Part shown: piece after piece, positions 39,690-54,692 of the stretch
Numbering within the stretch: the stretch's first letter is position 1
How the letters are laid out: every line of letters starts with the position of its first letter
Assembly: GCF_009914755.1 (NCBI RefSeq)
Contig: NC_060928.1
Source of the DNA: the human T2T-CHM13v2.0 reference genome, Homo sapiens
Strand: one strand, 5' to 3'
Length of the DNA stretch: 64,000 nt
Position numbers and translations under genes: made by a program
Notes under the pieces: generated by a model
The model's input: only the letters and a program-made list of their open reading frames with translations
Told to the model about the DNA's origin: nothing
Databases searched by the model: none

Positions 39690-40615
39690 AGCAGAATTAA
39701 TATTTCTCACCACTTCCACTATTACCCCAAAGGGTCAACCCACCATATTCTTTCCCCTGGGCAATTGCAATAGCCTCATCGTTGTCTGCTTGCACTCATA
39801 TCTGCCCTATATCAGTTCTTCACATTGCAGCCAGAATGATCCTTAATATATATTAATCAGGCCATATCAATTCTCAGTTCAAAGCCTTTCACTGACTTTC
39901 TGTTTCTATTAAAATGAAAGACAAAGTCCTTGCAATGATCTCCAAGACCCTCTGTGGTGGGTCCTCCTCCACCCCTGGCCTCACCTCCCATGCCTGCCCC
40001 CTCATTCATTCTGCTCCAGCCACTGGCCCCATCCTCTAACACACCATGAATTGCTCCTGCTTCAGGACGTCACATTTGCTGTTCCACCTGCCTGAAATAC
40101 ACTTCCCCCATATAGCTGTATGACTCACTGCCTCACTTCCTCCACGGAGCTGCTAAAATCTCAGCATTATCAAGGCCTACAACTAGTCCCAAAGGACAAT
40201 TTCAAAAAAGGGCACCCTCTTAATCAAGTACTTTGATCCTATCTGCCAGAAAGTTTTCACAGCAACACAACCTATAATAACCATGAGGAGAAAAGCAACC
40301 TATGGACTTGTACAAAGTACAATCCCAAGTCGTAGCTCCAGATGGGAAGTTCTCTGACTACTCCATGTAAAAGAGCAATACCTGCACCCCCCTGCAGCAC
40401 CCCCATCTTCCTAACCTTGTACATTCTTCTCTCTAGGACTTATTACCATCTAATACAGTTCATATCTATTGGTTTATTTGTTTGCTGACTGTCTCTCCAC
40501 TCTGCCACTAGAATGAAAGAAGCCAAGGGCTTTGTGTTATTCAATGTTGTACCCCAGCACCTACTACCATGCCTGCCACATAGAAAGCACTCAAATATTT
40601 GTTCAATGAATGAAT
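39690..40615 (+). mobile_element. L2a 3' region with an unexplained internal insert
   Basis: tgcaatagcctc..gcagccagaatgatcctt..cacatttgctgttccacctgcctgaaa..gcactcaaatatttgttcaatgaatgaatga. Confidence 0.9.
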
Positions 40616-40639
40616 GACAGAATGTTCTCAGCAACGTAG

Positions 40640-41620
40640 ACTGCAGAGTTGAACATGATCAGGAAAATGTGGGGGAAGTTATGACTTTAAATAGAAATAG
40701 GTAGCTGCAAGGTTAAGTGCCCAAAGTATATACAAATGGACAGATCATGTAAATCTATGCATATGTCTGAGCAAATTCAAGAAAAAGAAACAAGGCAGGA
40801 CACTTAAAACCATTCCAGTTGCCTGTGAGCTGGCTTCTCCACTGGTGCAAGCACCCAATTTGTAGATCTGATGAGAGGTGACAACGTTCTAGAGGTGTGT
40901 GCATTGTTCCAAGCCAGAGGCTGTGAACACGAAGGTGGCAGAGGCAGAAAAATAAAACTGATCCTCCTTCACGGTCCTTCTTATCATCAGCCCCCACACA
41001 GCCATACCAAGAAAAAACAGAGCAAGTGAAGCCTAAGATGTAACAGAGTGGTTTTCACCCATCTGGAGTCAAAGCTGCAGCCCAGAGACTGCTCTCTAAA
41101 GAAGTGTCTGCTGGCCTGAGAGACCACCTGTCTTGATGATGAGCAAATAAACAGCTCCACTCACTAGGATTTCACAATCTAAGAGGGTCTCTGAGGATAT
41201 CATATCAAAACACATAGAGGACCATTTATGAGCAGCCAGCTGTTCAAAACAAAAATATGGGAGAAATTAAACAGAAGCAAGCTTCTAGGTAAAGGAAAAA
41301 TATTGAACTCAATTTATTCCATTATATGCTCCTCCTTTGTAGAAATGCAAAGAAACATGGAGCATAATTTGGCCCACCTCTGCTTTGATGACCTGTATGA
41401 AAAAAGGGTTTCTTCTTTCAGCCTGAAACTCCTGTAAGAGCAGTAGATATAAGTCATATTGGTCAGAGCCTTGGCTACACATTTTCCATGGAATGTAAAC
41501 ATACATTGAAAGATTTGTTTTGTGGGGGTGCTTAGTGACCATGTAATCAGCTACATTTGATGCTCCTCTTCAGGGAAAAGGATGTAAACTCTCCCAAGGT
41601 CATGACTGATATAATTTGGG
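40640..41620 (+). pseudogene. Probable large relic exon (ends unclear)
   Basis: About 1 kb without repeats and with protein-like stop-poor frames, e.g. QKNKTDPPSRSFLSSAPTQPYQEKTEQVKPKM*QSGFHPSGVKAAAQRLLSKEVSAGLRD and ORF 41228-41437. Confidence 0.4.
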
Positions 41621-42047
41621 TGAAACATCTCATCCATTTCTGAGGCACATCCACTTTGTTCTTAAATAATTAAAATACTTAATCCCAAAATTTCTTTTCT
41701 GCCCCTATATGTGTCAACCAGGGCTGTGTGAGCAACAGAAATCCTTGAGTCACATAAACAATTTTTATTGTAAAATGCTATCAGAACTGTGTGTGTTTTA
41801 GTATAATCCATTTTCTGTCAGGCATTTGACTTAATGATATTTCCTCTTCTACTTATGTATTTCATTATCTGTTTTTGTGTCTTCAGAAACACAATAAACT
41901 ATAATGAACATGAAAAGATTGGTATGCTTTTCAGAGCATGCTTCATTTTTCATCTCTAATGGATCTTTTTGTAGGGTTCTCACAACCAATTGAAAGAGAA
42001 TAAAACATTCTCTTGCTTCATAACCAAAGTGCTGCTCACACTTACAG

Positions 42048-42109
42048 CAACCTTTGGAAGGGGAATCCTGGCTATTGATGTCCCTGGAAAGAGAGTGGTA
42101 GAAGAAAAG
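42048..42109 (+). pseudogene. Relic exon
   Basis: ctcacacttacAG| and consensus AAG|GTAAGT. (A)TFGRGILAIDVPGKRVVEEK is open. The exon may start further upstream. Confidence 0.5.
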
Positions 42110-42411
42110 GTAAGTACCTTTGCTTGAGAAAAGAGTGGCCTCCCTCCAGCCACAGACATTCAATGGCCACACCCTCTAACTTCCTCTACTTCGTTCCTTC
42201 CGCCTTCCTTTCCTAGATAGGCTGATGTTTTGGGTCAGTTCTAATTGCATTTGTGTTTTGCATTAAAACACACAGTATTCACTGTTCCGCAGACATTATT
42301 TTTGAGAATATAAAACACAATTTCTTCTCTCCATTCCTTTAAAAATATTTTTTCTTCCCTCTTTTGAGAAATTTCCTGAGAGTAAAGAAAATGTAGTTAC
42401 AGTCACCTGGA

Positions 42412-42578
42412 ATCTTGCTACTCAAGTTGTGGCCCTCAGACCAGCCACATCAGCATCACCTGGGAGCTAGTTGGAAGTGCAGAATCCCAGGCTCCACCCC
42501 AGACATACTGAATCAGAATTTGTATTTTAACAAGATCCCCAGGTGATTCACTGGCACATTTGAGTTTAAAAAGCACTG
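42412..42578. mobile_element. MER5A hAT MITE
   Basis: cagcatcacctgggagctagttggaagtgcagaatcccaggctccacccagac..gaatcagaa..aacaagatccccaggtgattc. Confidence 0.92.
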
Positions 42579-42825
42579 AGTTAGGTCAAATTGAGTGGAA
42601 TAAATGAAGCCAAATATAAAGTTTAGATATGGAAAAACATTAATGCACAAAATGACTTTGATCTTCTAAGAATGTAGTAAGAGAGGCTTACATAGTTTAA
42701 ATATTTCTTTCATCTGACCTCCTTTTCACATGTTTCCCAAGTGCATAAAAGTATATGAGTGGAAATGTACAATGTCCCAAGAGAACATTTATAAAAATCT
42801 GTCTGGCATTTTTTTTCTGTATCAG

Positions 42826-42984
42826 AAATTGAAGACATGGAAGAAAGATGAAAACGCTGGCTACTAAATACCTATGTGTGGTTACTGAGTGTGGTATACT
42901 TGGACACCGAGCTCCCCCACCCATCAGATGTCACAAAGAGTCCTCTTACTCTTGGATAATTTCAAATCAAACTGACCTCCCCAG
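42826..42984 (+). pseudogene. Relic exon (159 nt, a multiple of 3)
   Basis: ttttttttctgtatcAG| and CAG|GTAAGC. Phase-1 reading EIEDMEER*KRWLLNTYVWLLSVVYLDTELPHPSDVTKSPLTLG*FQIKLTSP. Confidence 0.55.
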
Positions 42985-43187
42985 GTAAGCCCCTTGTCAC
43001 TTTCAGAAGAATCCCTTTTAATGTGTGCTCCACTAAGATTTTAAACTCAGAAACTCAAGACTTTATTAAGTTGCTACACTTTCAAGCTCAGTAGGACATT
43101 TTGACTTGGAAGGGAAATTACTTGGTAAAATGACGAGCTATTCATTTGCCTCGGAATAGGAGGTTTCAGAGAATGTAGAATTTTCAG

Positions 43188-43511
43188 TTTTAAAACTGAG
43201 ACAGTCTCAGCATAACTGGGTTGGTTGATCACCCTATTCTAACATCATTTATGACACCCAATTGGCCTAATGAAATTGGCACACAAAAACTAACTTGTGA
43301 AGGCAAACAACTTTCATAGAAATAATTTACTGAAACTGCAAGGGAATTCTCTGAGCCCTCACATTCGAGAGGCACAGAATCGAACAGATCATCCAAGCAG
43401 ATTTCTTTAAATTGGTTGGAAGTGCACAGCTCTTGTTTCGGCATCAATAGATGTGTTCAGTTTCAACTAAGCAATTCACTAACTGCATTGATTTTTAAGG
43501 CCAAGCTGAAG
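43188..43511 (+). pseudogene. Relic exon (324 nt)
   Basis: aattttcAG| and AAG|GTATTG. Reads DSLSITGLVDHPILTSFMTPNWPNEIGTQKLTCEGKQLS*K*FTETAREFSEPSHSRGTESNRSSKQISLNWLEVHSSCFG...AKLK. Confidence 0.45.
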
Positions 43512-44254
43512 GTATTGAGAAAATATCCAGATGACACAGAAACTGGAATGCTCAGAGACTGATGAACAAAGGGAGAATTTTGCTCCTGTTGCTTATTCCT
43601 GGGACACCTCTAGCTGGGAATACATATCCCAGGGCTGTTAGTAGTTTTAACCTTTCTTTGGCCACTTGATGGTCGAACCATTCTAGTACATCCCTGTGCC
43701 TAAGGGCTCTCAGAATACTCTGGGAATACAAGTTCGTGCTCAAGGTCCAACAGCTGTCAGAGCAGATGGCTGGGGATTTGTTTACTGTGGTCCTAAGTAT
43801 TACCCTTTAGCTCTAAGGCACTGGGAACAATTTGACAAATTTGATTAACTGAGAACAATATGATGCTTGCCTGGAAAGCTCACTCCACACTTTCACAGAG
43901 TTCCTTATGTTCTTTTCATGGTCTGAGGATACAGGATGATATTAGCTACCACCTCAGTCCAATGAAACTATCAGAGAAAACAAAAAAGTCACCCTTGGCT
44001 ACCCCTTTTGTTTTACAACTGAATGTTTGTGGTTCACATGTACAGCCAGCTGTTCTATCAGAGATGCTCAGAGCATACCTAGTCCTGCCTTTAAGAAAAA
44101 GAAATGTGACTTCATGTTCCATGGCACTCTATAGCTTATTTGTCAATTACAATCTGTGTCTGCTTTGTGAAACTAAAAATAAATAGTTAATCTGCTGGAA
44201 AATCTTATTCTACCTTCCCAACTTGCCTCTGTTTTTCGTCCTCTCAACTTCCAG

Positions 44255-44967
44255 TAGTTTCTTTGGTGAACATCTCACGGACGGCTTGCAAAGCATTTTG
44301 TGCTTTGAGATGGCGTGTATATCCCTGGGTCTGTGAAAGGCCACTGCTGCAGGGTGGGGAGACAATAGTCAGCTCTGGGAAGTCTGTGGGAATTCCTGAG
44401 GGAGCTGCAAGTTACTATGAATAGCCCGGCATTCGAAGAAGATTTGCAGAGGAGTCTCCTGCTGTGCCCTCTAGCTCTCTACTTGATGGAGACAAACCCA
44501 GGGCCTGAGAGGTTGGGAAGGGCTCAGGGAGGACGCCCATTAGGGGACAGGCTTTCTTGTGTCCAGATTCCACTTGGGTGACCCTGGGAAGAGAGACTGC
44601 TGGCTCTTTTCCGGAGCCACAATGCTCCATTTACAAGCTGCAATTAGTCGCAAGCAAAATTTGTTCATCCACTACTAACTGTCAGCTCAAGAGGTTGAAA
44701 GTTCAGTCCTGGGGAGGTCAGGACGTCTTCCAAGGGACGGATGACTTTGCTTACAACCTCCCCTCCCCCAGTACAGTGGGGACCCTTCTGTAGGGGAGAG
44801 AACCACATTCCATAGAGGGATGCCTGCAAAACTGAATGATCTATGCCAGACAGGCTCATGGTTCTGGGACTAGGCATAGTAGGCAGATGTACCCGTTATA
44901 CAGTGACTTTTCTACAGCAGAATATTGACTTAATTTATAATAAATATAGCCATTTGAGAAGAGCAAG
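44255..44967 (+). pseudogene. Large relic exon
   Basis: Strong acceptor ctgtttttcgtcctctcaacttccAG|. The phase-1 frame runs about 180 codons to 44793 with only two internal stops (44422, 44506). Ends AAG|GCAAGT. Confidence 0.65.
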
Positions 44968-45514
44968 GCAAGTAATGCTGTAGTGCTGTTAGGATTTAGC
45001 TGCTATTTCAAAGTTCAGCCAGTTTTGCTTGCATATTCCATGTGGAATAAAAAAGCCAGAAAGTCCCAGAAAAAAAATGAACTGTTCTTTGCCAAATCAA
45101 AATGTGTAAATAGTTCTTCTGAGAGCATAACAAAGGGTCTATTTTGCTTTTAGACACCAGAGCCAGAAACAGGAAAAGGCTACAATTAACTAACTGAAGC
45201 ACAATGTGAAGTTAATCAATAATGGAACGATTATGACGAAGATGCCATACATTAACTCTACCTAGACATGAGTGCTGCTTTCAGAGCATGAACATTCTTT
45301 CAAATTCCAGATACCACTTTTTCCCTTGTGAGGCTGCATTTTAATTTTCCACTGTCTCCTCTATTCTCATTTGCAATCCTCTGAATCTCACTGTAAACTG
45401 TGACTAGATTCCTCCTCCCCCATTTGTGGTGTGTGATGTTGGAATCCCTGCGTTGCTCTTCTGAGAAACAGAGAAGACTTCCATTTGGAGACTGAGCTGA
45501 CAAGGATTGAATTC

Positions 45515-45824
45515 TTTATTTATTTTATTTTATTTATTTATTTTTTGAGATGGAGTCTCACTGTCACCCAGGCTGGAGTGCAGTGGCAATCTCTGCTCAC
45601 TGCAACCTCCGCCTCCCGGGTTCAAGCAATTCTCCTGCCTCAGCCTCCTGAGTAGCTGGGACTACAGGCACATGCCGCCACACCCGGCTAATTTTTTGTA
45701 TTTTAGTAGAGATGGGGTTTCACTGTGCTGCCCAGACTGGTTGCAAACTCCTGAGGTCAGGCAATCCGCCTGCCTCGACCTCCCAAAGTGCTGGGATTAC
45801 AGGTGTGAGACACGGTGCCCGGCC
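45515..45824 (-). mobile_element. AluS
   Basis: Full dimer. TSD CTTTATTT. Confidence 0.96.
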
Positions 45825-45997
45825 CTTTATTTCTTTAATGGGCACACAGCAGCCACTCATTATATGATGTTGACTCCCTTAGATGAAAGTAAAATTAATC
45901 ATGACATTTACATTGAGTAAAGCCTTCCAGACCTTCCCAAGTTTCTACTCAGGACACCAAACACCAAGAATGGGTCTAACCCAGAGAAAGGTCTTGA

Positions 45998-46172
45998 AGC
46001 TGGGCATGGTGGTGCATACCTGTAGTCCCAGTTACTGGGGAGGCTGAGGCAAGTGGACACTTGAGTCCAGAGAGGTCGAGACTACAATGAGTATGATTGT
46101 GTCACTGCACTCCAGCCTGGGCAATAGTGCAAGATCCTGTCTTCAAAAAAGGAAAAGAAAACAAACAAAAAA
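45998..46172 (+). mobile_element. Free Alu monomer (FRAM/FAM-like)
   Basis: Single arm gctgggcatggtggtgcatacctgtagtccca..gaggtcgagactacaatgagtatgattg. TSD AAA(G/A)GTCTTG. Confidence 0.9.
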
Positions 46173-46194
46173 AAGTCTTGTAAATTTTCAATCA

Positions 46195-46507
46195 ATACCA
46201 AAGCTGACTGCTTACCCCAGCAAGCCCATCAGTAGAAGACAAAAGATGGGCCAGGTGGGAGGCAGACTGGGCTGGCTGCTCCATCCCTGCCCCCCTTGCA
46301 GGAACTACACAGCATGAAGACAGGTGGCACGGTTTGAGACTTCTCTCCCAGGCTCCCATTTGGACCAAACTCAGATTTCCAAATGCAAGGCCTTCCATGA
46401 CAGTGGATATCATGTGACAAAACCAGATACATAGCCTCCCCCGCCACAGTAGAACCTCTGCTTCTTCCGCTCCCCTTCCCCCTTGAAATCACTGAAAGCC
46501 AGGCGAT
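46195..46507 (+). pseudogene. Relic exon
   Basis: About 104 codons with 3 stops: IPKLTAYPSKPISRRQKMGQVGG...TA*RQVARFETSLPGSHLDQTQISKCKAFHDSGYHVTKPDT*. Donor GAT|GTACGT; the acceptor is degraded. Confidence 0.4.
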
Positions 46508-47300
46508 GTACGTGGCTCCCCCTCAGAGGGAGTTGCTCGGGTCTCTCTTCTAGACAGTGCTCTAAGAAACAGTCTTTCCCCTCACCCTTCCTATCACCAC
46601 CCTCCCCTACCACACCCCTGCAACACCTCACCCAGAGTTAGCCACAAAAATAACTGTTCCATGGTGGGCAGAGTATGATGCCGGGTGATGAATTAACAAG
46701 AAACCTCCCATCACCTGGTGGGCAATTTTTTTCTAATTAAGTTAATTGGATTTTTTTATATTATAAAAGGAGTGCATGTTCATTATTAAAAATTTGTAAA
46801 ATACAAAAAAAAAGTAGAAATTTGAGGGAAAAAAGTAAAGCCTACAGGTGGGTAATTACAGCCCCAGAATTATTAGTCATTTTGACTGGGAACCTGGTAA
46901 TCCATAAATTAGGTTTTTAGAGTCAACTCCAGTTCCACTTTCTAGTTCAACTACTTGTGTCTTCCCTAAGTCAATGCTGCAGTTATTTATCACAGTTTTC
47001 TTGGAGAAGGCAAAATCCTTTCTGTCTGAATTTCAGCCCCACTTAAAATTTTAATGCAAAACTGCGTTCCTCAGAGTTACTGGAGACATAAATTCCTGGC
47101 ACCCTTCCATTCCAGCCCCAGGGTTTCTCTCCCTCTAGGACTTCTCCAAGCCAGCTCCCTTGTCATCAGCTCTCATGGGAGGAGTAGAATTCTTATTTTT
47201 TCCCCCCACAATAGAACTTTTAAAAATTTCTCTGAAATATGCTGTTTGTATAGTCACATGTCTGAGTTTCTAGCAATTAATCTCTTTATTTCTGTCTCGG

Positions 47301-47665
47301 CAAAGCATGAATGTTTCTGCAAAAGAATGAAAGCAAAATACTGAAGCAAATATCAGGCGAGATTTTGGCTCATGCACAGAAAGTCAAATATCCATCGACC
47401 TCAGTTACCTGCAGCTCAGCGAGGAAGCCACTGATGATCAGCAAAATTCCTAAGCAGCAAAAGCAGCAGCACAAAAATTAAGATTCCATCAGCCACGCAC
47501 TCTCTCACTTTGTCACTCTTCTTTGAACCCCATTCAAAAAAAAAATAATAAGCATTCTCAGTTCTCTTAGCCCTAAGGAACAGATTGCAATGTGACAATG
47601 GATTCTGGTGGGAATGATGAAGGAAATAGAAAACTTTCAAAGGTGGACACAGGAATTCAAAATAT
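47301..47665 (+). pseudogene. Relic exon
   Basis: tctctttatttctgtctcGG| (AG>GG). Single frame QSMNVSAKE*KQNTEANIRRDFGSCTESQISIDLSYLQLSEEATDDQQNS*...GTDCNVTMDSGGNDEGNRKLSKVDTGIQN. Donor at 47642 or 47665. Confidence 0.55.
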
Positions 47666-47672
47666 GTATGTG

Positions 47673-48765
<1,093 letters not shown>

Positions 48766-49160
48766 CCCATAGAATTTATTTTTCCCAATACAGAACCCAG
48801 AGTGATCATTTATGTCAACTCTCTGCTCAGTGGCTTCTCATCTGATGCAAGTATTAATAAAAGCCAAATTCTTACCATGGGCCTCAGAACCCTGCATGCT
48901 CTAGTGCCTCTGCAAACTCTCGGACCTTACCTCCTATCCTTTTCCACTCCAGCCTCTCCAGCCTCCTCATTGCTCCTGCGTTCTGCCACTTCCTCAGGAC
49001 TTTTGCATTTGCTGTTCTCTGCCTGGAATGCAGATTCTCCCAGCTGTCCAAATGGCTCATTATCTCATGTCCTTTAGGTTTTCACTCAAATGCCGCCATC
49101 TCAGTGAAGTCATCCCTGACCACTCCATATTTAAAATTGAAACTCTCCCACCTTACTTGT

Positions 49161-49831
<671 letters not shown>

Positions 49832-50059
49832 CTTGTACTACCTAACTCCCTCCCCTACTTTCTTTTCCTCCATAGCACTAATCCTTTCTGTCATCCTATA
49901 TATTTTACCTAGTTCTATTCTTTTGTGTCTATCTCTCCCTTCTAGCACACAAGCTCCATATGGGTAAGCGTATCTGTTTTGTTCACTACTCTAAACCCAG
50001 TGTTCAAAACAGTGTCTGGGGCAAAAGAGGGACTCAGTAAATATTTCCTGAATGTTGGT

Positions 50060-50387
50060 AGCCAGAGGTAGAAAACACCTGAAGAATCATGCTTCCAAAA
50101 TGAGAGTCCACTCTGGTCCTCAGAAGTTTATCTCAATGAGATAACCAATAAGAACTAAAAGCTGTTCCTCTAATTTGGACTACGTAACCATATTTTCATG
50201 GGCAACAAGCACCTATCTGCCATCGCTGCATCTTCTGCCAGGGCAAGTTGGATCAAGTGATGCACTGATAATGCAGAAAGCAAAAAAACATGTGCCAACT
50301 AAGGTTGGGGGTGCCCAGGTTGAATTCAGCAAGACTGGCAATGAACCACATGGTAACAAGGACATCTGCCTAGTGGAGTGAAGCAGA
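50060..50387 (+). pseudogene. Relic exon (5' end not visible)
   Basis: ORF 50175-50381 (...GQVGSSDALIMQKAKKHVPTKVGGAQVEFSKTGNEPHGNKDICLVE*SR) runs into donor AGA|GTGAGT. Confidence 0.45.
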
Positions 50388-50634
50388 GTGAGTCCATGTA
50401 GGTTTTATTCTGTCTGTTGGGCAAGTTTAATGTCTCTCACAGTCTTGCCATCTTGAGTGCAGGCAATAGAACCAGCCTCTGCAGTGTGATTTGCCCTCCA
50501 GCTGCCCTCCAGGGCTTAAGCCCTGGTCCTCACTGCACAGCTTCACAAGTCAGTTGATGAAAATGCTGAGACTGCAAAAGGAAGCGTTGAAAGAATAATC
50601 TGCAAGGCACTGACGCTAATAAAAAGCAACTCAG

Positions 50635-51022
<388 letters not shown>

Positions 51023-51139
51023 TTACAGCCTGCCCAAAAAGAGCTGGGGGTGGATATGTATTGACCATAATTACATAGACACAAATGGACCAAAAGCAGG
51101 GCAATTTTTCTGCAACAGGTTAGAAGAGGCATCTTAGAA

Positions 51140-51420
51140 AAAGCACAGGTTTTCTGGCCAGAGAGACCATGGACTATAATCCTGAGCCTCTTAATAAGTA
51201 TTTGACCTTGGGCTGAAATGAGACTCCATTTCTTTCTCTGCAAAGTCGCAGAGGTAATACCTAATTAACTGGGCTGTTATGTTTGAAATGTGATTGTTAG
51301 TTATTTTTAAGTTATTGATACCAACTAAAGTAGAGCCTAATGATTGTTGTGAGGATCAAATGAAATGCCATGTTGTAAAAGGCCTGGAACAGAGTCAGCA
51401 CTCAACAAACATTACTTCAC
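51140..51420 (+). mobile_element. MIR fragments
   Basis: tttgaccttgggc..ctccatttctttctctgcaaa; gttgtgaggatcaaatgaaa..gcctggaacagagtcagcactcaac. Confidence 0.75.
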
Positions 51421-51460
51421 TTTCTTCCCCCTACAACGCCTTTGCTCCTCTGTGGTGTTC

Positions 51461-51572
51461 TAGGGTGGACAACAGTCCTGCATTGCCCAGAACTGAGAAG
51501 TTTCCTGGGACAACGGACTCTCAGTGCTAAAACTGGAATAGCCTGGGCAAACCAGCATGGTTGATAGTTCTA
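51461..51572. mobile_element. MER81-like hAT-Blackjack MITE
   Basis: tagggtggacaacagtcctgcattgcccagaactgag..tcagtgctaaaactgg..cctgggcaaacc. Confidence 0.8.
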
Positions 51573-51759
51573 GTGCCACTTCACTTCCTGTTAAAGCTCA
51601 GACAAGACAACTGCCAACATTTTTTCTTTTTCCCCTTCGGATTCATTGAAAGAATCAGAATCTTTTCTTGTTCCACCAAAACCTAAACAAGACAGCCTGG
51701 ACCAAGGATTCTTAACCTTTTGGAGGCCAATGATCTCCTTCAGAATCTCATGAAAGCAA

Positions 51760-52020
51760 TAATAGTTAGAGCTGATATTTATTGAGTTGTGTGTGTGTCA
51801 GGCACTCTTCTAAATTAAAGGAGATTAAGTTAGTAACCCAAATGTATTAATTCATTTATGCTTTGTAAAAACTCAGTGAAGTAGGTACTGTTCTTTTACC
51901 CATCTTACACATGAAAAAAACAAGGCATGGAGAAAGTGACAGACACAGTGGAGGAGTCGGGATTCAGGCTCAGTCTGGCCTTAGAGATCATCCCTTGACC
52001 CGCAGCAGCCTGCCATTCTT
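51760..52020 (-). mobile_element. MIR
   Basis: atttattgag..tgtgtcaggcactcttctaa..gtgaagtaggtactgtt..cccatcttacacatgaaaaaa. Confidence 0.8.
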
Positions 52021-52160
52021 TACATAGTCTTTCCAGAAAGAAACACACCAAGGCAGGCACAAAATTGGCGCATAGTTTCAGAGGACTGAGAGACGCTTTC
52101 ATAGGTCCTCGATTAGGAACTGTAATCCATGCTGTATATTTTATGGAAAGTTCTCCCTCA

Positions 52161-52570
<410 letters not shown>

Positions 52571-52819
52571 TCATTGTCGCAGTGTTCAACACTATAATTT
52601 CATTCCTGAAACATACAAATTTAACTAGAATGGTGAATTAGATGTTTGTAGTTAAAGAGAGGAGATACTTCCATAGAAACACTTCCATAGAAAGTTATTT
52701 CATTTGTATATTTTTTATTCCACTTCTAGAAGGCAAATAACAAAAACAGATTGATAGCAACATTTATTTTTAAAAGCAACCTCTGGGACGCTTTCTGGGT
52801 TGTTGCAAATTGACCCCAA

Positions 52820-52960
52820 ATATCTGCACCTGCCTACTGTTTCAGAGATCGTGTTATGTGACCAGATACACGTTACTTAACACTTCTAGGCCTCAGTTTT
52901 TCCTAACAGATTAATTGGACTGGATTTACTCTGAGGTGTCTTTCAAATCTAAAAATTCTA
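52820..52960 (+). mobile_element. MIR core
   Basis: atgtgacc..gttacttaacacttctaggcctcagttttt..ctctgaggtgtctttc..attctat. Confidence 0.7.
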
Positions 52961-53016
52961 TAATTATCGGACTCCATGTGAAGAACCATAACCCTGAGAC
53001 ACAACAAGTTTATTAA

Positions 53017-53388
<372 letters not shown>

Positions 53389-53732
53389 TGAGAACATTCA
53401 ATATTGCCTTCTAAGGCAAAACAGATAAAGGTGAATGAAACTCATAAATGTTTAATGTACTGAGTAAGCAAGTAGCTTGGAAGACATAAACAGAATTCAT
53501 AAGCCATGTCATCTATAGATGGTAAGTTAGTAACCTGTAGAGCAGATAGAAAGGAAGCATGGAATATATGATAAAGTGGATGGAACAAGTGAGCATGATA
53601 TTTACAGGTAGAAAAGGAGGAAAGGAGCAAGTCATTAGGAAGGACCATGCCACCAGGCCGACAGCTACATTATCTGTAAATCAGTTACTCATGGAGATGT
53701 CTCATTCTGGCTCCACGTTTGCTCTGTTCCAG

Positions 53733-53901
53733 AGATGCTGGTAAAACCCAGAGCTGCTCAACAGGCTGACCAGAAAGCAATGCCTGTGGCCGGGTGCATC
53801 TGCTCCCTGTGTCTCCCTAGAAGACACAGTTCAGTGTTTGTGTTAGCTCCAGGAACCTTCTGAGGGCTGAGCTCCCCTTTTCAACCTCAATTCTGGTCCC
53901 T
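53733..53901 (+). pseudogene. Possible relic exon
   Basis: gtttgctctgttccAG| with a weak donor CCT|GTAACC. Frames are stop-poor but ambiguous. Confidence 0.3.
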
Positions 53902-54094
53902 GTAACCACACCAATAGGGGAGAAAGCTGACGTAGAGATGAGAGAAAGAGACAGAGAGAGGGGAAGGTGATGGATGGAGGAGGGCAGAACAGATGAGCAC
54001 TGCTTAACTCAAGACTCAAGTGTGGTTCTTCCCCTTCATTTGTATCTTATCCAAAATACGTAAACTTGCCCACCTTTTTCTCTGTGTCTTTTAA

Positions 54095-54417
54095 ATTGAT
54101 TTAATCAACTGTGTGGACTTGAGTATCCTGCTGCGAAGCTTCGTGTTTCACGACCTCTGTGATAGTTTGTCTAGTACTAGACTTGAAAGTTACCATTACA
54201 TTAAAATATTTTCCCACATGATGATATCTTGTCAGATCGCCACACCCATTTCGTTCTCGCACTGGGCTAGAGCAGATCCTGGGAGGGCCCGGCTCTGTGC
54301 TAGTAAAATGACAACATGGGACTGTGCTGTTGATTTTTCCAAGAAGTACCCTGTACCTGAAGAAGACTAAAATATGACTAAAAGGGGAAGAAAATAACAA
54401 TAAGATCTCTGAGACAG
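54095..54417 (+). pseudogene. Relic exon
   Basis: cctttttctctgtgtcttttAA| (AG>AA). 91 open codons IDLINCVDLSILLRSFVFHDLCDSLSSTRLES...KKYPVPEED*. The end reads LKGEENNNKISET after a frameshift. Donor CAG|GTGAGA. Confidence 0.55.
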
Positions 54418-54692
54418 GTGAGAAGAAATACGATCAAAATTGAAGTACCAGTCTCTCACTCACTGTCCTTCCCAGTCCCCATCCTTAGGGCTTTGATTGT
54501 GCCAGGATGGACATTGACTTTAAGAGACTGCCATTCAGTGTCTGGAAGTTGTCTCCTATGCTGCGCTATGCCATACTGAGCTCACCATCCTAAGAGCTGT
54601 GAGACCACTCAGTTCACCTTTGGGAAGATGACTTGGTTATAAAAAAAATTTAGTAGAAAAATAAATAATTCTGACATCAATTTTCTGTTTAG

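Noticed and set aside
52667-52693. Tandem ACTTCCATAGAAA duplication (similar small duplications at 9707-9737 and 38935-38967)
   Set aside because: These are ordinary slippage duplications of two copies with no spacers, not CRISPR-like arrays.
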